Shown: positions 23,155 through 37,249, numbered from the stretch's first letter. The stretch: DNA of 64,000 nt from Octopus vulgaris (GCA_951406725.2 OX597814.1:9362001-9426000); one strand, 5' to 3'. A program made the numbers and translations. The notes: generated by a model from the letters alone, not told the origin.

Positions 23155-26100
23155 ATAGTAGGTATCTGTCGGTCTTGAGAAGCCATGGATTTGCACCTGA
23201 AGAAATTGTGTCAGGTGCTGCTGGTGATGCAGTGTCTGCTGTAGCTGCAGAGGCCTGCATGGGAGTGGCTGTCACACATACAGTGACTGCATTTGTAGGA
23301 GCTCTCTGTCGGCACTACTGGTTTTGCCTTCCACTGAGTGCACTTCTTTTTGGTGGCAGGTTCCTGTTTATCTTCCTCCTCTTTTGCAGTATTTGTCTCA
23401 AGTGTAGGCAATCATTTGTGACCTCCTCCCATCACAGGACATCCAGATCAAGTGACTTCACATTCCTCTTACAGATATCCTTGAAACAAAGATGAGGTCA
23501 TCCTCATGCTCTTGTGCCAGTGGCCAATTTCCCATACAGGAAGTCTTTTGGGATCCTTCCATCCGACATGCAATGTAATGACTGAACCAACACAGATACA
23601 GATGATGCTGCTGGAGTACCTGGCACACTCTGGATTTTGCTTTCAGCCTCAGCAGACTAAACAGTTTACTGTCTGATCTGGTGTGAAAGTAAACACCATC
23701 AGTTGATGCCTTAAATGTATGTTTCAGCATGACTGCAAAGAAGATGCCAAACAGGGTGGAAGCCAGCACACAGCCCTGCTTCATGCCTCTAAGTATGTTG
23801 AATACCTCTGAAGAAAAACCATCAAATTGAATGACATCTTTCATATCTACACGAAACGATTGGACAATCCTGAGAAGTCTTGGAGGACAGCCAATCTTGG
23901 AAAGGATTTTGAGCAGGCCATCTCTACTAACTAGGTCAAGAGCCATTTTGAGATCACTGAAGATAATAAAGAGTGGTTGCCTTTGCTCTCATCACTTCTC
24001 CTGCAGCTAACAAAGAGAGAATATCATGATGATGGTTGGGCATTCTGATCTGAGACCGCACTGAAATTTAGAGTATACCCTCTCAGTGATTTTCTGTGTA
24101 GGACTATGGAGGCAAATGCCTTATTCACAATGCTTAACAGCAGAAAGCCTCAGTAACTGTTGCAGTTGCTTTTGTCTCCTTTGTCTTGTGGGACTGATCC
24201 CACCCTCCTCCCAGTACTGACACAATAGCTTCAGCAAGTGGCTGAGTAGAACTCTCCTCCTTGCACATCTGATGATTTCTGGTGGGATGCCATCCAAACT
24301 CAGTACTTTTCCAGTGAGCAAGCTGTTAATGGCTCTCCTCAGTTTTCCCTCATTTGGCATTATGTCCAGCTCCTCCATACCAGCTAGGTATTCTCCAGTA
24401 TCTAGTGCTCTGTCTGAGATGTTTTTCTTGGTGTAGAGTTCAGAATAAGGTTCTCCCCAGCTGCTCTCTTTTGTCCTTGATAACTTCTGCTGTTCTGGAT
24501 TCTATCTTGCTCTGGGTTGGGCCAGGGGCTTTCTTCATACCCTCATACATTCATGAATGCTGTCTATGTCCAACGACAGCTGGGTATCTACACATAGTTG
24601 TAACCAGTAGTCATTTGCGCACCATCTCACTCTTCCTTGCCGATCTCAATACTTGCAGTGTTGCCCTGGTGGGTTGGTGTTTGTGCTTTAAGCATGGCAG
24701 CACACTTCACCTCCATGCGGCTATTGATCTCTTCCACACTTGTCTCAACAATCTTGCGTCATCTTCCTCCTCCTCCCAAAGACCCTCAGTGCAATACAAT
24801 GGCTTATGTCCCTGAGACAGTCCCAGCTCTGCTGAACAATGCCTTCTGGTGGGTTTGCATGGAGAGCATTGTCCAAGGATTTGAGGAATTTATTTGTCTT
24901 AATTTAGCTGCTGGTTTGCGGTAGCATCGTTGCACTTCTTGCGTGGGGACCAGATGCAGTGCATCATTATTGGTTGGAGTTTGAGATTGCAGTAAGCCAG
25001 AGTGTGGTCTGTGTCACAGCACTCTGAAAAGACTGAGTCTGGAGCACATTCCTCAGGTGGTTGCATCTCATGATCTTCAAATCTAGCTGGTGCCAATGCC
25101 CTAAGCAATGGTGATGCCAGGAGACCCACTGTTCAGCTACTGAAAGTAGGTGTTGGTGACACAATTCTCGAAGCATGCAGAGCTCAAGCAGCTGTTGCCC
25201 CTTTTCTTTCATGTTAGCAACCCCATACCGACCCAGACACCCTGGCCAGGAGTCGTGATCTGCTCCCACTCTGGCATTGAAGTCACTAAGTAGCTCCAGC
25301 TGTTCTCCATTTGGGATCACCTGTATTTTCCTGGAGAGTTGATCATAAAACTTATCCTTGACATCTTGTGTGGAATAGAGGATTGGCACATATGTATTGA
25401 TCAGGTTGACAGGCCTATCAGAAGTATGCAATCGAAGTATGAACCATCACTGTTGACTTCTACCAACTTTATCAGAGAGGTTTTTATAGCAAAGCCAACA
25501 CCAGGCTCTCTCACTTCATCTATGCCTTTCTCTTGCCAGAAAAAGCTATACTCTCTTTCATGAAGGGTCCCCAAATCTGGGAGCCTCATTTCCTGGAGTA
25601 TTGCAATGTCCACTCAGAGTCACAGCAGTTCATTGTTGATCACTGCTGTCTTGCGTGTGTCACTGATTTTTAGAAGATCCTCTGACACACCAGTTGTCAT
25701 GGTCCTTATGTTGCAACATCTGAGCCTGAATGCTGTTTTTTTTTACGTTTACTTGCTTGTTTGTTCGTTTTTTTTCGTGCAATGTTTACAGCCCACAATT
25801 TGAGATGTTAGTTTCCCTAATCCCCACATGCCTAGTGGAGCAGGTGGGCTGTGATGGGACAGCACCTAATTGGCTGGGGTACTGTCCAGTGAGGCACAAT
25901 GGCCTCTCCCTCTGTTGAAGGCAGCCCTTTGTTCTTATGCCAATTATGTGCAGGCTTAAAACAGTAGACTGCTGCTTTCCATGTTTTACTGATGCTGTTA
26001 GACAGCACTGGAGTGTCCTCCCTAGGGTAGAAGCCAGGGCAGTTGTTCATGGGAGATTGACAGTTGCCCATGTGACCCGTCTCCCCTGTCCACTGCAACC

Positions 26101-26270
26101 AGTATTATCCAAGAGAAGGGCTTTGCCCAATACAACTTGGCACCAGTGGAGCCACAGGAGTTGCCAGAATGAGGTTGTCTACAGCATCAAACTGCCTAAG
26201 GGATTCTGGCTCCCAACTTATCCTAAAGGGTTTACTCCCAAAGCCTTTCCCTTAAGTGGATATTGCTACT
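23155..26270 (-). mobile_element. Degenerate near-full-length RTE/BovB-like LINE
   Basis: DIAILQEMRL..G, LSDFNARVGADH, HWHQLD (APE); LSKIGCPPRLL...GMKQGCVLASTLF (RT); C-terminal C..C...H; many stops and frameshifts. Confidence 0.9.
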
Positions 26271-26845
26271 AGGCAGTGGAGTTGTTACTATCGCCGCTGT
26301 CTTAAGCAGGGAAGGACTTAATAAGCATCACAGCTAATCATGAGAGTTGCTTATTTTAATGGCTGTTGACTCTTCAGAGTTTATCCACCCTTTGACAGGC
26401 CTTGTATCTAATCCTGCAGGGTGGCCAAATAGCAAGGAAAGCACCCTCCTCACAAAGCAAGCTCTGTGGGGTTGCCAGTTTACACATTGAGGGCCTGACA
26501 CCTGCCTCCTGTAATTCAGCGATTGGTAAAAGAGAGAAAGAAAATGGGGTGGGGAGCTGCAAGGCAGAGGTACAGGGGGAAGCACAGCAGACTTTAACAG
26601 TAGTTTTAGTTTTAGGAGCTGAGGGACTTCAATCTACCGAAGGGCAGCATGGGTGTTAATACTGCTTAATACTAGGGCTGTTATTTTATTTCTATTTTGG
26701 GGCTTGGTTCATCTGGTAGTGGGTGAGAGGGGTTACGGGAAGAATGGAAGCAAGCTGGAAGTTAAAGCTATATAGGCAGAGAATTAGAGAAAAAACACAC
26801 AAAGAAAACACCATGTTTTCTTCAAATTGATATTGCTGCACCTCT

Positions 26846-27945
26846 TATGTATCCATAAATTACACCAGGTACATCTTATGGGGTTTTCGACCTCCGCCTT
26901 TTCTACAGATAGAGCAGGGCCATCTACCTGAAGAGATTTGTAATTTGTCTGCCATCCTACTTAGTAAGACTTTGGTTTTTGCCAGGTTAACTAGACCTTG
27001 CTTCCATACCTGAAATTTCTCCTCTAGGTTGGGTATTAGAGCAAGGTCATCAACATAGAAGACACCTTGGGGCAGTCTATTTTGAGTTCCTCTGTTATTG
27101 CCTAGAGGACTATGATGAACAAGAGGGGGCTGAGGACTGATCCTTGTTAAACCCCTACTTTTACTTGGAATTCTTCGCTATATTCTTTGCCAACCCTCAC
27201 CTTACTGACAGCATCCCTGTACATGGCTTGTACAGCCCTCAGCAAGCACTCATCTATCCCTAGTTTCCACATTGACTCTACCAGGTCAACAAAAGCCAAG
27301 TACAGTGGTTTATCTTTGGTTAGTTATTTCTCCTGCAGCTGTCTTATCAAAAAACCTAAGTGCATCTAATCTAGGCTAACTCTCTCCCTAATTACTTTGC
27401 CTATGACCCTGTTGATCACTTTCATTACCTGATCCAACAACTTGATACCGTTGTAATTATTTGTATTTAATGCATCACCTTTACCTTTGTAGCAGTAAAC
27501 TATGGTGATGCTACACCAGTCATTGGATATGACTCCTTCATGCGTCACCTGATTGATTATACAGGTGACTAGACTATAGCCGACAACGCTAGATATTTTA
27601 AGCATCTCAGCAGTGATTCCTAATGGGCCATGGGCTTTTACTGTCTGCATACCCTTAATTGTTTTATCTACCTAGGTACTGTTGATTCTGATAGCTGGTC
27701 CCTCTGTTGGGTCAACATTTTGCAGAAACTCTTTCTTCTATTCTTTCTCTTCGTTTAACAACCTTTCATAATGGCGTCTCCGAGTCTCTTTCTTCACAGC
27801 ATCATGAAATGCAAGTGCACAGTCATCCATTCAGAAACATTTCTCTCCTATGACATCGCAATTTTCTCTCACACACAGTGTCTTGTAATTTGAAACACTT
27901 CAAGTCTCTGGTCCTCACAACGCAGAACATTGGTAAATTTCTTTT
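26846..27945 (-). mobile_element. RTE LINE RT fragment
   Basis: GITAEMLK...YKGKGDALNTNNYNGIKLLDQVMKV. Confidence 0.85.
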
Positions 27946-28373
27946 TATTTTTGAGAATTAGGGCTGCAGTCAAGGAAACTATGGAACATTAAGATAAAAT
28001 AGTAGGTAACAAAACAAAACAAATGAAGAGATGGAATTTTTAGATTTAGAGCAACAGTAAACAGAATTGAACAATTGGATTTCTTCACTTTGCCATAACG
28101 TACTTCTAAATAAACAGTTAAATGAATAACAATAGTAATTATAAGGAGTGAAACAGAATTGAATATTTGCATTCTTAATTTTAACTCTAGCTATAACATG
28201 TAGTATGGAGTGAGCAAAACTTTGCGACAAAGTGGATAAATAAATGAATAGCAATGATTATAAGTCTAATGATCAATAAAGTGAGAGAGAATAGGGTTTC
28301 TTAAATTTGCCAAAACATACAGCATGGAATAAATGGAACTGTGTAGGTAAACAGATAAATTAAAGAATAATAA

Positions 28374-30053
28374 TCTATTATATAAAATCTGTTCTGTCTG
28401 TGTGTGTGTGTGTCTTCTAGGATCCCGGGCATCCTCCATCCGATTGCGCTCAAATTTGATATGTAGATACCGACAGTATCAGTGTATAAGTCTTGAAAAA
28501 AATTACAAAAATTGATTCCAGGTGAGAATGCGATTGATAAAGCTGTGGGAACATGCATTTGTACATGCAAGTACGTACATCAGCTGTTGTGATCGATACT
28601 ACATGTACGCGAGAAAAATGCGCGTGCAGTTTGTGCAAAAAAGGCCAGCAGGCTTGGAATAATGCCACAAAATGCAGTATATTTAAGAGACCAAAAAAGT
28701 AAGATGCGAAAGAGATATTTTCTTCAAACTTGGCATGAAGGAAGGAAAGACTATTCGGTTTCTCAAGAAGTGTTTTTTTGCCTTAACTTCGTTTAACAAA
28801 GCCAAAAATTTTATTGAAATAAAGGCATGCTTAATTATTTTTAATGAATAGAAAACACTAATTGCTTTTTATTCAAGGAAGAAAATACTATTTTCTTCTG
28901 CTTTAAACCAAAAAAGTTTGTTTTTTAGTAAAAGAAAACCATTATTGTATTCAATCAAGATTGTTTGAGCTTTATTTCAAGGTGAATGTAGTCGAAATAC
29001 TTCAATTTTAGAAACAAAAGAACCATCGGGTTTGCCACCCTATAAACTCTGCCTCAAGGCTGGAAGTCCCATTATTCTCCTCCGAAACTTGCAACCCCCA
29101 CGACTTTGCAATGGCACTCAGTTGGTTCTCACCCAACTTTTGGATGAAGTTCTCGAGGCAAAAGTTATCATGGGTCAGGAGCAGGGAATGTTGTTTTTAT
29201 TTCTCACATGCCATTGATTCCGTCAGACTGTGGTTACCCTCTGAAACGCATTCAATTTCCTATTCGCCTGAGCTTCGCAATGACCGTCAACAAAGTACAG
29301 GGGCAGTCATTGAAAATCGTGGGGTTGGACCTCAGCACTCCCTGCTTTTTGCATGGGCAACTGAACGTGGGCTGTTTGAGGGTTGGCTATTTGACAAACC
29401 TTTTCTACTACGCTCCAGACTGAGTGACAAGGAATGTGGTTTACAAGGCTGCGCTCCACTAGCTTTTCCATGCCCTTGAACATCCCGTAAAGTAAGTTAG
29501 CTTAAAATTAGTTACTTTGTTCCCTGGGTTGTTGCTTTTCAGCAAAAATCGCCCCAAGTGATTTCATACATGTTTTATCGGATAAACTTATTATTGTCCC
29601 GGGTACGTTCTCATAAATTCATCATGCTTTTCCATTTAGATTTACCTATAGCTAACCCATTTGCATGCATCGTTTTTGTCCTGCTTTTCTTCCGTCAAAC
29701 TGTACATAACTGCACCTTCCATTTTTGTTGTTTTTGTCCTGCTTAAAGGCATGTTTCTTTCCTGCCAAGCTTACTGTTTAAACCATGTTTGTGTTCTCCC
29801 AATCAACAGCCTTATCATTACTGGTAATTTAAAATCTTCGGTTTCATATTTGTGTGAATAAAATCGTTTTTCTTTGGAATAGAAAAAAAGTCTATCTTCA
29901 TTTCTTCTTTTGCTGGTGTCTCAAATTTAGGTTAAATCAGTGTTTCTCAAATGGGAGGCGTATGGGACGGTCAGACAAGCTGTTTTGAGAAGATTTAGTT
30001 TAAATGTTTGACAACTCAGCACTGTCCATTGGACGGGGGGGGCGTTTTCCTAG
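28374..30053 (+). mobile_element. Non-autonomous Helitron with a PIF1-like helicase remnant
   Basis: A|TC 5' end (tctattatataaaa); 3' hairpin tgtcc-att-ggacg then CTAG|T; internal LKAGSPIILLRNL..PRLCNGTQL and RIQFPIRLSFAMTVNKVQGQSL...HGQL. Confidence 0.9.
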
Positions 30054-30268
30054 TGTATGAATATATATATGCATATATAAAACAAAGGATGTCTGTGTGT
30101 GTGATAGTATGCATTTCAACCGATTTTCACCAACTTCTACACACACATTAATTATGCGCTAAGGATGGTCATGCACTATAACATTTTGCCCAGAGCTCCC
30201 GTGTAAAGAGAGAAACGGGGTAAAAATGTATTTCACATATTTTTTTTCTTTCAAAACTGCAATTTTCA

Positions 30269-30490
30269 ACTGATTATCTCCTTTGACTATTGCAGTTTCC
30301 ATCTGATTGTCTCCCTTTGACTTCTGCAGTTTCCATCTGATTGTCTCCCTTTGACTTCTGCAGTTTCCATCTGATTGTCTCCCTTTGACTTCTGCAGTTT
30401 CCATCTGATTGTCTCCCTTTGACTTCTGCAGTTTCCATCTGATTCTCTCCTTTGACTTCTGCAATTTTTAACTGATTCTCTCCCTTGTCT
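30269..30490. repeat. 34-bp minisatellite, about 6.5 copies
   Basis: Unit tctgattgtctccctttgacttctgcagtttcca at 30302, 30336, 30370, 30404 and 30438, plus degenerate flanking copies. Confidence 0.95.
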
Positions 30491-30849
30491 CTGATTTGTC
30501 TTTTCTCTTCGTCTTTCTCACTTTCCCCCTCTGTAATAACTCCTCTCTTTAAGTCTATGCCTATTCCTTTCTCTCTCTTTTCAGCTGACATACTATAACT
30601 TCTGTCTAGACATTCACTTCTATGTATTTCTGTTAGTTGTGTGTAAAAATCTCTCTTGTTACAGTTTTTGTAATTCTCACTGTAAATTTAGTCATTTTTC
30701 TTCATTTTCGTTCAGCCAGTGTGTTTAAATTCAGTTTCACCACATCTGCCTAAAAATTGACTTCAGTGTATTTATGCTACCTGCACGTTCCTCCCACAAC
30801 ATTATTTTCATTTTTCTAATTTTTTTGCCGCATCTGCATTTCGCAATTG

Positions 30850-32213
30850 ATCATCATCATCGTCATCATCATCATTTAACGTCTGCTTTCCATGCTGGCA
30901 TGGGTTGGACGGTTCAACTGGGGTCTGGGAAGCAAGAAGGCTGCACCAGGCCCATTCTGATCTGGCAGTGTTTCTACAGCTGGATGCCCTTCCTAACACC
31001 AACCACTCCGTGAGTGTAGTGGGTGCTTTTTTACATCCCACTGGCACAGGTGCCAGACGGGGCTGGCAGACGGCCACGATCGGATGGTGCTTTTTACGTG
31101 CCACCGGCACGGGGACCAGACGGAGCTGGCTACGGCCACGGTCGGATGGTGCTTTTTACGTGCCACCGGCATGGAGGCCAGTCGGGCGGCGCTGGCTACG
31201 GCGCGTTTGGATAGTTCTCTTACGTGCCACCGGCACTGGTATCACAGCTACAAATTCCATTGATGTTGATAGATTTTGATTTTGATTTTCACTTGCCTCA
31301 ACAGGTCTTCACAAGTGGAGTTTTGTGTCCCAAGAAGGATATGGCCTCACTTGTCCTGCTGGGTCTTCTCACGCACAGCATACGTCCAGAGGTCTCGGTC
31401 TCAAATCATTTCCTCGGTGAGACCTAAAGTTTGAAGGTCGTGCTTCATCACCTCATCCCAGGTTTTCCTGGGTCTACCTCTTCCACAGGTTCCCTCAACC
31501 GCTGGGGTGTGGCACTTTTTCACACAACTATTTTCATCCATTCTCACCACATGACCATACCAGCGCAAACGTCTCTCTTGCACACCACAACTGATGCTTC
31601 TTAGGTCTAACTTTTCTCTCAAAGTACTTACACTCTGTTGAGTATGAACACTGACATTACACATCCATCAGAGCATACTGGCTTCATTTCTTGCAAGCTT
31701 ACGCATATCCTCAGTAGTCACGGCCCATGTTTCACTGCCATGTAGCATAGCTGTTCGTACACATGCATCATACAATCTGCCTTTTACTCTGAGCGAGAGG
31801 CCTTTTGTCACCAGCAGAGGTAAGAGCTCTCTGAACTTTGCCCAGGCTATTCTTACTCTAGCAGTTACACTTTCAGCGCACCCACCCCCGCTGCTGACTT
31901 GGTCACCTAGGTAACGGAAGCTATCAACTATTTCTGGAATGTGGCGGAAGATGGTCTCTGCGTATTTTCAGTGTTTATTACTCCCGAGCATCTGCCACAT
32001 ACAAAAACTATTTTCCTAGTTAGCCTTCCTTAGACATTGCTGCACCTCTTATGTGTCCATAGCTTACACTTGGTGCATCTTATAGAGTTTCTACCTACAC
32101 CTTTTCTACAGATCGAGCAGGGCCATCTACCTGAGGGTGTTTGTGATTTGTCTAACTTCCTACTTCTTAGAACTTTGGTTTTAGGTAGGTTGACTCTTAG
32201 GCCCTTCGAGTGG
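30850..32213 (-). mobile_element. RTE LINE 3' portion with (GAT)n tail
   Basis: ERRLRWYGHVVRMD...GRGRPRKTW, and a GLRVNLPKTKVL...WPCSICRKGVGRNSIRCTKCKLWTHKRC zinc-finger-like insert. Confidence 0.93.
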
Positions 32214-32491
32214 CCGTTGCCAGCGCCACCCCGAGTGGCCTCTGTGCCGGTGGCACGTAAAAAGCACCATCCGATCGTGGCCGTTTGCCAGCCTTGTCTG
32301 GGCCCCCGTGCCAGTGGCATGTAAAAAGCACCCACTACACTCTCGGCGTGGTTGGCGTTAGGAAGGGCATCCAGTCATAGAAACATTGCCAGATCAGACT
32401 GGGCCTGGTGCAGCTTTCTGGCTTCCCAGACCCCAGTCGAACCGTCCAACCCATGGAAAGCGGATGCTAAATGATGATGATGATGATGATG
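32214..32491 (+). mobile_element. RTE 3' tail in opposite orientation, fused to the previous element
   Basis: Ends in (GAT)n at about 32472-32491; inverted homologue of 30850-31150. Confidence 0.88.
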
Positions 32492-33034
32492 AATGCCACC
32501 TTAGAAAAGAGCTCGTATTGGTCACAAAACTGGTCAGAGCAGAGACATTAAAGAGAAGGAGAGCAAATGAATCCTCACACGGGACTGCACTAAGACATTC
32601 ACAAAATGCTGCCTACACAGCCAATGCGAGAGCCATGGAAGCGAGGGGCAGAGTAGCAGTTGCCTGATCAGAAATGCTGCATTAACAGCTTCATTACACA
32701 CAAACCTGAGTCAGTCACAGCACATTATTCTTTGTAATAAGGATGCTACATCAACTGCAGCCACGTGAGCTGCAGAGAATGAAGAACAGCATGCCATTCG
32801 ATAGTCTTTCTTTTTTATATGTATTTTCATCAATTTCAAGTCATTATATACCCATATGTTTCAAATTTCCAAAGAAAAACCAGTATTTTTCTCTGTCTTT
32901 GCAGTTGTGACATATTTCAAAAATATTTTGTACATTTTTGTGAATTTTGGTACATTTTGGTATGGAATTCTATACATTTTGCAAAAAAGCTTTGGCAGCC
33001 CAAGTTGTTAGACTAGAAAATAAGTGTTCTTAGA

Positions 33035-34020
33035 ATGACGAAGCATTCAAACCCTTTGCAACCCCAAGTACCTCTGCTTGTAGTAATTATAATTAGCAGT
33101 ACAAAACGAGGATTAGATGTATGCCAGGTTGGACAAACAAGAGTTGATTATCTGAACATTTTCTTTTACTTACTTCCACTTCATGAGGCAAGGATTGATG
33201 AGTTAAAAAATGGAAGAATGGTAACCCTTAACGCTCTCGAAGCCATTGTACAGGACACACTGAGAGAAACAAAAGCCCATAAAACAATAGGAGTTAAAAG
33301 TCATCGATAAGAATGAATGATGCAACATCAAATGGAAAAGTGTCTACATCCAGTTTAGGACACAAACAAACTTGTGTTGCAAGAGGGAAGAGATATGGCA
33401 CCGTAGAGGTGAAATTTTTCTGACAGGAGAAGGCAAGGAAGCACTTCACTTTGAACCTAAAAAATGAAACCTGCTTCTGTTACCCATATACTTGGGTTAG
33501 AGAGTGGTGAAAATAAAAACTGCAGACATACCACCAGAAATAAACATCTGCTGGTTGGTGGCAGTTGTCCTTCTGGACATTGAGGGTCAAACAAACATCG
33601 TACGTGTGTGGAAAGTTGGGCAAGACTTAGAGTTGTGGGTGCAAATAGATTACAAAACTTAATAAACAATTCTGGACATCATAAATTTACCACATGACAC
33701 CAAACTCCAGATACCCTTTGAAGGTAGAAATCTGATGTGTCACCTATGTGGGGACACAAATCATCTAAAGGTTTTCTGCCCACAACAAATGAGAGAAGGG
33801 AGACCCTCACTTCTGCCAACACCATCACCACTACCACCACAACCACAACAGCAGATGCAAGTGACTACTATGGATATAAAAGCAACTACAACAGCAATCA
33901 CAGCAACACTGACAACAAGAACAACAGCAACAAACAGAACAGAGAACTCACAAACGTCTATGGCTTTAATATGCCAGGGAGTAGCAAAAGCAACAGCATC
34001 AGAATTTGCCAAAACATGAA
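33035..34020 (+). mobile_element. Decayed gag/ORF1-like remnant with a CCHC knuckle
   Basis: CHLCGDTNHLKVFC (CX2CX4HX4C) at about 33738, followed by low-complexity sequence; extent uncertain. Confidence 0.45.
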
Positions 34021-35074
34021 CTTTATTCTTAGCAAAAAAACAAAAATCTCCTCTAAACATGTCCATTCCATGTTTGTATTTGTCTGATAGGTACCGACTG
34101 GATTTATTGAAAGTGCCAGTATGGATTTTGGATGAATCGCATCAGGTCATTCAGATCGCATCTTGACAGGATGTTCTGTAGGTCAGTAGATAAGGATAGT
34201 GTAAGTTGTCCACTTTTAAAAATCATTGGCTACATCGACCACGTATGTATGATTTCTACAGTTGACCTAGATAGGCTTAAGAAGGCAGGAACTCGGCTAC
34301 TGGGAGCTGAATGTGTCACTGTTGGCATGTGAGGCTTACAGAGACTGGATTAAAGAATTAGTTAAGCATCGACAGGGGCAATCATCGACAACACATGGTA
34401 GCTTGCACTGAAAAGACCAGTTAGAGTAAAATCAATTGCCAGTAAAGATTAGTGTTAGAAAGAAATAAAATAGAAGGGAAATTAGAAACTTAGAAAAGGC
34501 AATTAGAAAATGTATCATAACTGACATACTGGCTGTGAGATTGGCCCCTGGGTCACTTCTTCAATGCTAAACATAAAAGTTGCATTGTCAGAGCTAAAAT
34601 GCTTGCACTGAGACAAGTCAGAATGAAAATCATCCAATGGACCTCAGTGGCAGAGCTCCAATACTAGTAACAAAGCCACAATTTGGTTTTTGGTGGACCA
34701 AATGGGGTACATGGTATTCGAACACAAGCAGAGGTGTGTGGCATTTCAACAGCACTTCACCCAACAGTTTGGAATGAATGGCAGTCCAGAACGCAGGATG
34801 AATTTCAGTGCTTACCTTGCAGACATACCATAACTCTTGGTAAGTGGGGCATAGCCTTACAAAATGTTGATAACAGCTGCAGAAATATGGGATGTGATAA
34901 TGGGTTGCATAGGTGGGGGAGGTGCAAATTGCTTGATTTGGATGGTCTGCTCTATGGTCTTTACTTTATATGCCACACTTATTTGGTGGTCTTTCAGCAG
35001 ATATCTACCATGACTGGCTGAAGAATAGGAGAATTTCCAATTCTGTGAGTCAAAGAACGGTGACACTGCTAATA

Positions 35075-35370
35075 AAGGGCCCAAACAAGGATTCTTCATG
35101 ACTACATTGCATCCCATCAAGCTCTCCTCCCTACCCTATTTACCACCTGTTGACTTCCATCTATTCCCCAAATGAAGAAGCAATCAAAGGTTGCTATTTT
35201 AATACCATTGTCATGATTCAGAGTAAACTGTTGAAGGTCCTCGATCTGCTGTGCAGTTTATTGCTGTGCAAGGTAACTATTTCAAAGAAAATGATTTTTA
35301 AAACATAGGCAAATAAGTTATTTTTTATTGAACATGATTAGTCCGGAAAGTTTTTGATAGCACTTTGTAA
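35075..35370 (+). mobile_element. Mariner 3' remnant
   Basis: Degenerate YSPDLAP.DF.LFP region at about 35110-35180 and terminus agtccggaaagtttttgatagcactttgta. Confidence 0.55.
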
Positions 35371-35834
35371 ACCAAAATTGAAATAGAAGAAACATTTAAG
35401 ACATGGAAATGCATATTAGTTTTTGAATAGAGTCTACTTTCATAGAAGCACATTGCCATCTTGTGATGTCTTTAAAGAGGGACTTTAGTTCATGAAACTG
35501 GTGAAGAATATGGAAAAAATGATGGAGAGAGAAATAATCATTCTACTGTTTTTCTGAAACGATTGAATGAAGGAAACCAAGGTAGACGGTGCCTGTGAGT
35601 TGTCTAGGTTGATTGTGTATTGGGGAGGCTTATTTCATTTTCTGCCTACCAGACCTACTCACAGAGCTTTGTTTGGCCTAAGGCTGTAGTTAAAGAGACT
35701 TTCCGAAGGTACCATACATTGAGACAACTTAAATTAAGGCAATTAAAAGTAATAGCAACAGAAGCAGTATTAATACCAAAAGGCAATCTTTATATCCAAC
35801 TAAATGTGAATGTTGTGTTAGAATACCAAATACT

Positions 35835-37170
35835 GCCTTATTTACCTTGAGAGGACCTCTCATATGGACACACAGTCCATAAAATTTTTTCCATACAATT
35901 TAATATTTTTGGCACTTGTATTCTTTTCCTCTCACTTGTATGCTTAGGTTCAATCACCTGCTGTGGTGTTGGTACTTGGAACGTATCATACAACCATTCC
36001 ATTAACTCCTCCAACTTCTTTGGTTCACTTTCCACGAATCTCTTTTTCAGAAGGTTCCTGTGTCTCTTTTGTATGCCTTTTCTACTTTTTACCCAATACA
36101 TTATTTTTACCTATTCATTTGGTAATTACGCCATCTTCCCAACTCTGCTTTCCATTCTTGTATGCCCTCATATACACCTTTTCACCAACTTTAAAGAGTC
36201 TTGCTATGTCTTCCCTGGCACGTTTTGTTTTCTTGCCAGGGAGCAATTTATCAAAGACTGACTTAACTTTCCTTGCAAACATCAGCTCCACTGGTGAGCT
36301 ACTGGCTGGTGTATTTGGATTTGGTGTCACACAGTACACTCTTAAAAATTGTTGTAGAGCTACCTCATTTGTAACTTCCTTATTCAACTTTCTTTGGGTT
36401 CTCTTGAAGGTGATGACAAAGCGTTTTGCACTGTACTTTATATGTTCTACCGTGAATGTTTCACAAATTTTTTATAATCCACTAGACACAAAATGCATTC
36501 CATTGTTAGACATTGTCTTGTCTGGGTGTAAAAAATATATCACAGTTGAGGGGGTTGGTCTTTTTTACATTTTATAGTTTCAGGCCATCTTGAGAAGCTA
36601 TCAACTACCACTAAGTAGTAAGAACCATTTAAAGGACCAGCAAAATCGGCGTGCAGTCTTGACCATAGACCAATGTTTAGATTTTATTGTCGGCAATTTT
36701 TTGTTTCATTTTGGCTTACATACCAGTGTTCCACTCTGTTTTACTGCAGTTTTTTGTTTCAGTCCCTCAGCCACATTCAAACCTTTGACTGATCCAACTA
36801 TATTTCCTCACAAAGCACTTATGGGTGTATTCCATACTTTGAATAATTCCATCCACCCTGTGCCGAATAAATTAACTGAACTTTTTAACACAAATTTTGC
36901 CTTTTTTGTTTGCCTTTTTCATTTGACCTTGAAATGTTACATTACATACAAATTCACAGAAAAAATATAATCTTTTTCCTGTTACACCATGTACTGCCTT
37001 TTTTGATTTAATTAATTTCAGCTTACCAACATATTTCCACGGTTTTTCATTTATAATGGTGATATCACTGACCATGTCCAACTGCATTTTAACTGATTTT
37101 CACCTTCATGAATTTCCTCATTGTTATATTGCCAATTTCTTCTGATGGCATACTATTTATTCTTTCTCCT
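35835..37170 (-). mobile_element. Ty3/Gypsy pol remnants (protease and integrase)
   Basis: MQLDMVSDITIINEKPWK (LDTGSD-like) and FLRVYCVTPN...SPVELMFARKVKSVFDKLLP. Confidence 0.8.
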
Positions 37171-37249
37171 TTGCTGTACCATTTTGTCATCTGCATTCTT
37201 CAGTGCTTCTTTATTTGTCCTACTCTGTTGGACATGCACACTGACACTG

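Noticed and set aside
29032-29423. Host PIF1 helicase gene
   Set aside because: Frameshifted C-terminal fragment between Helitron termini.
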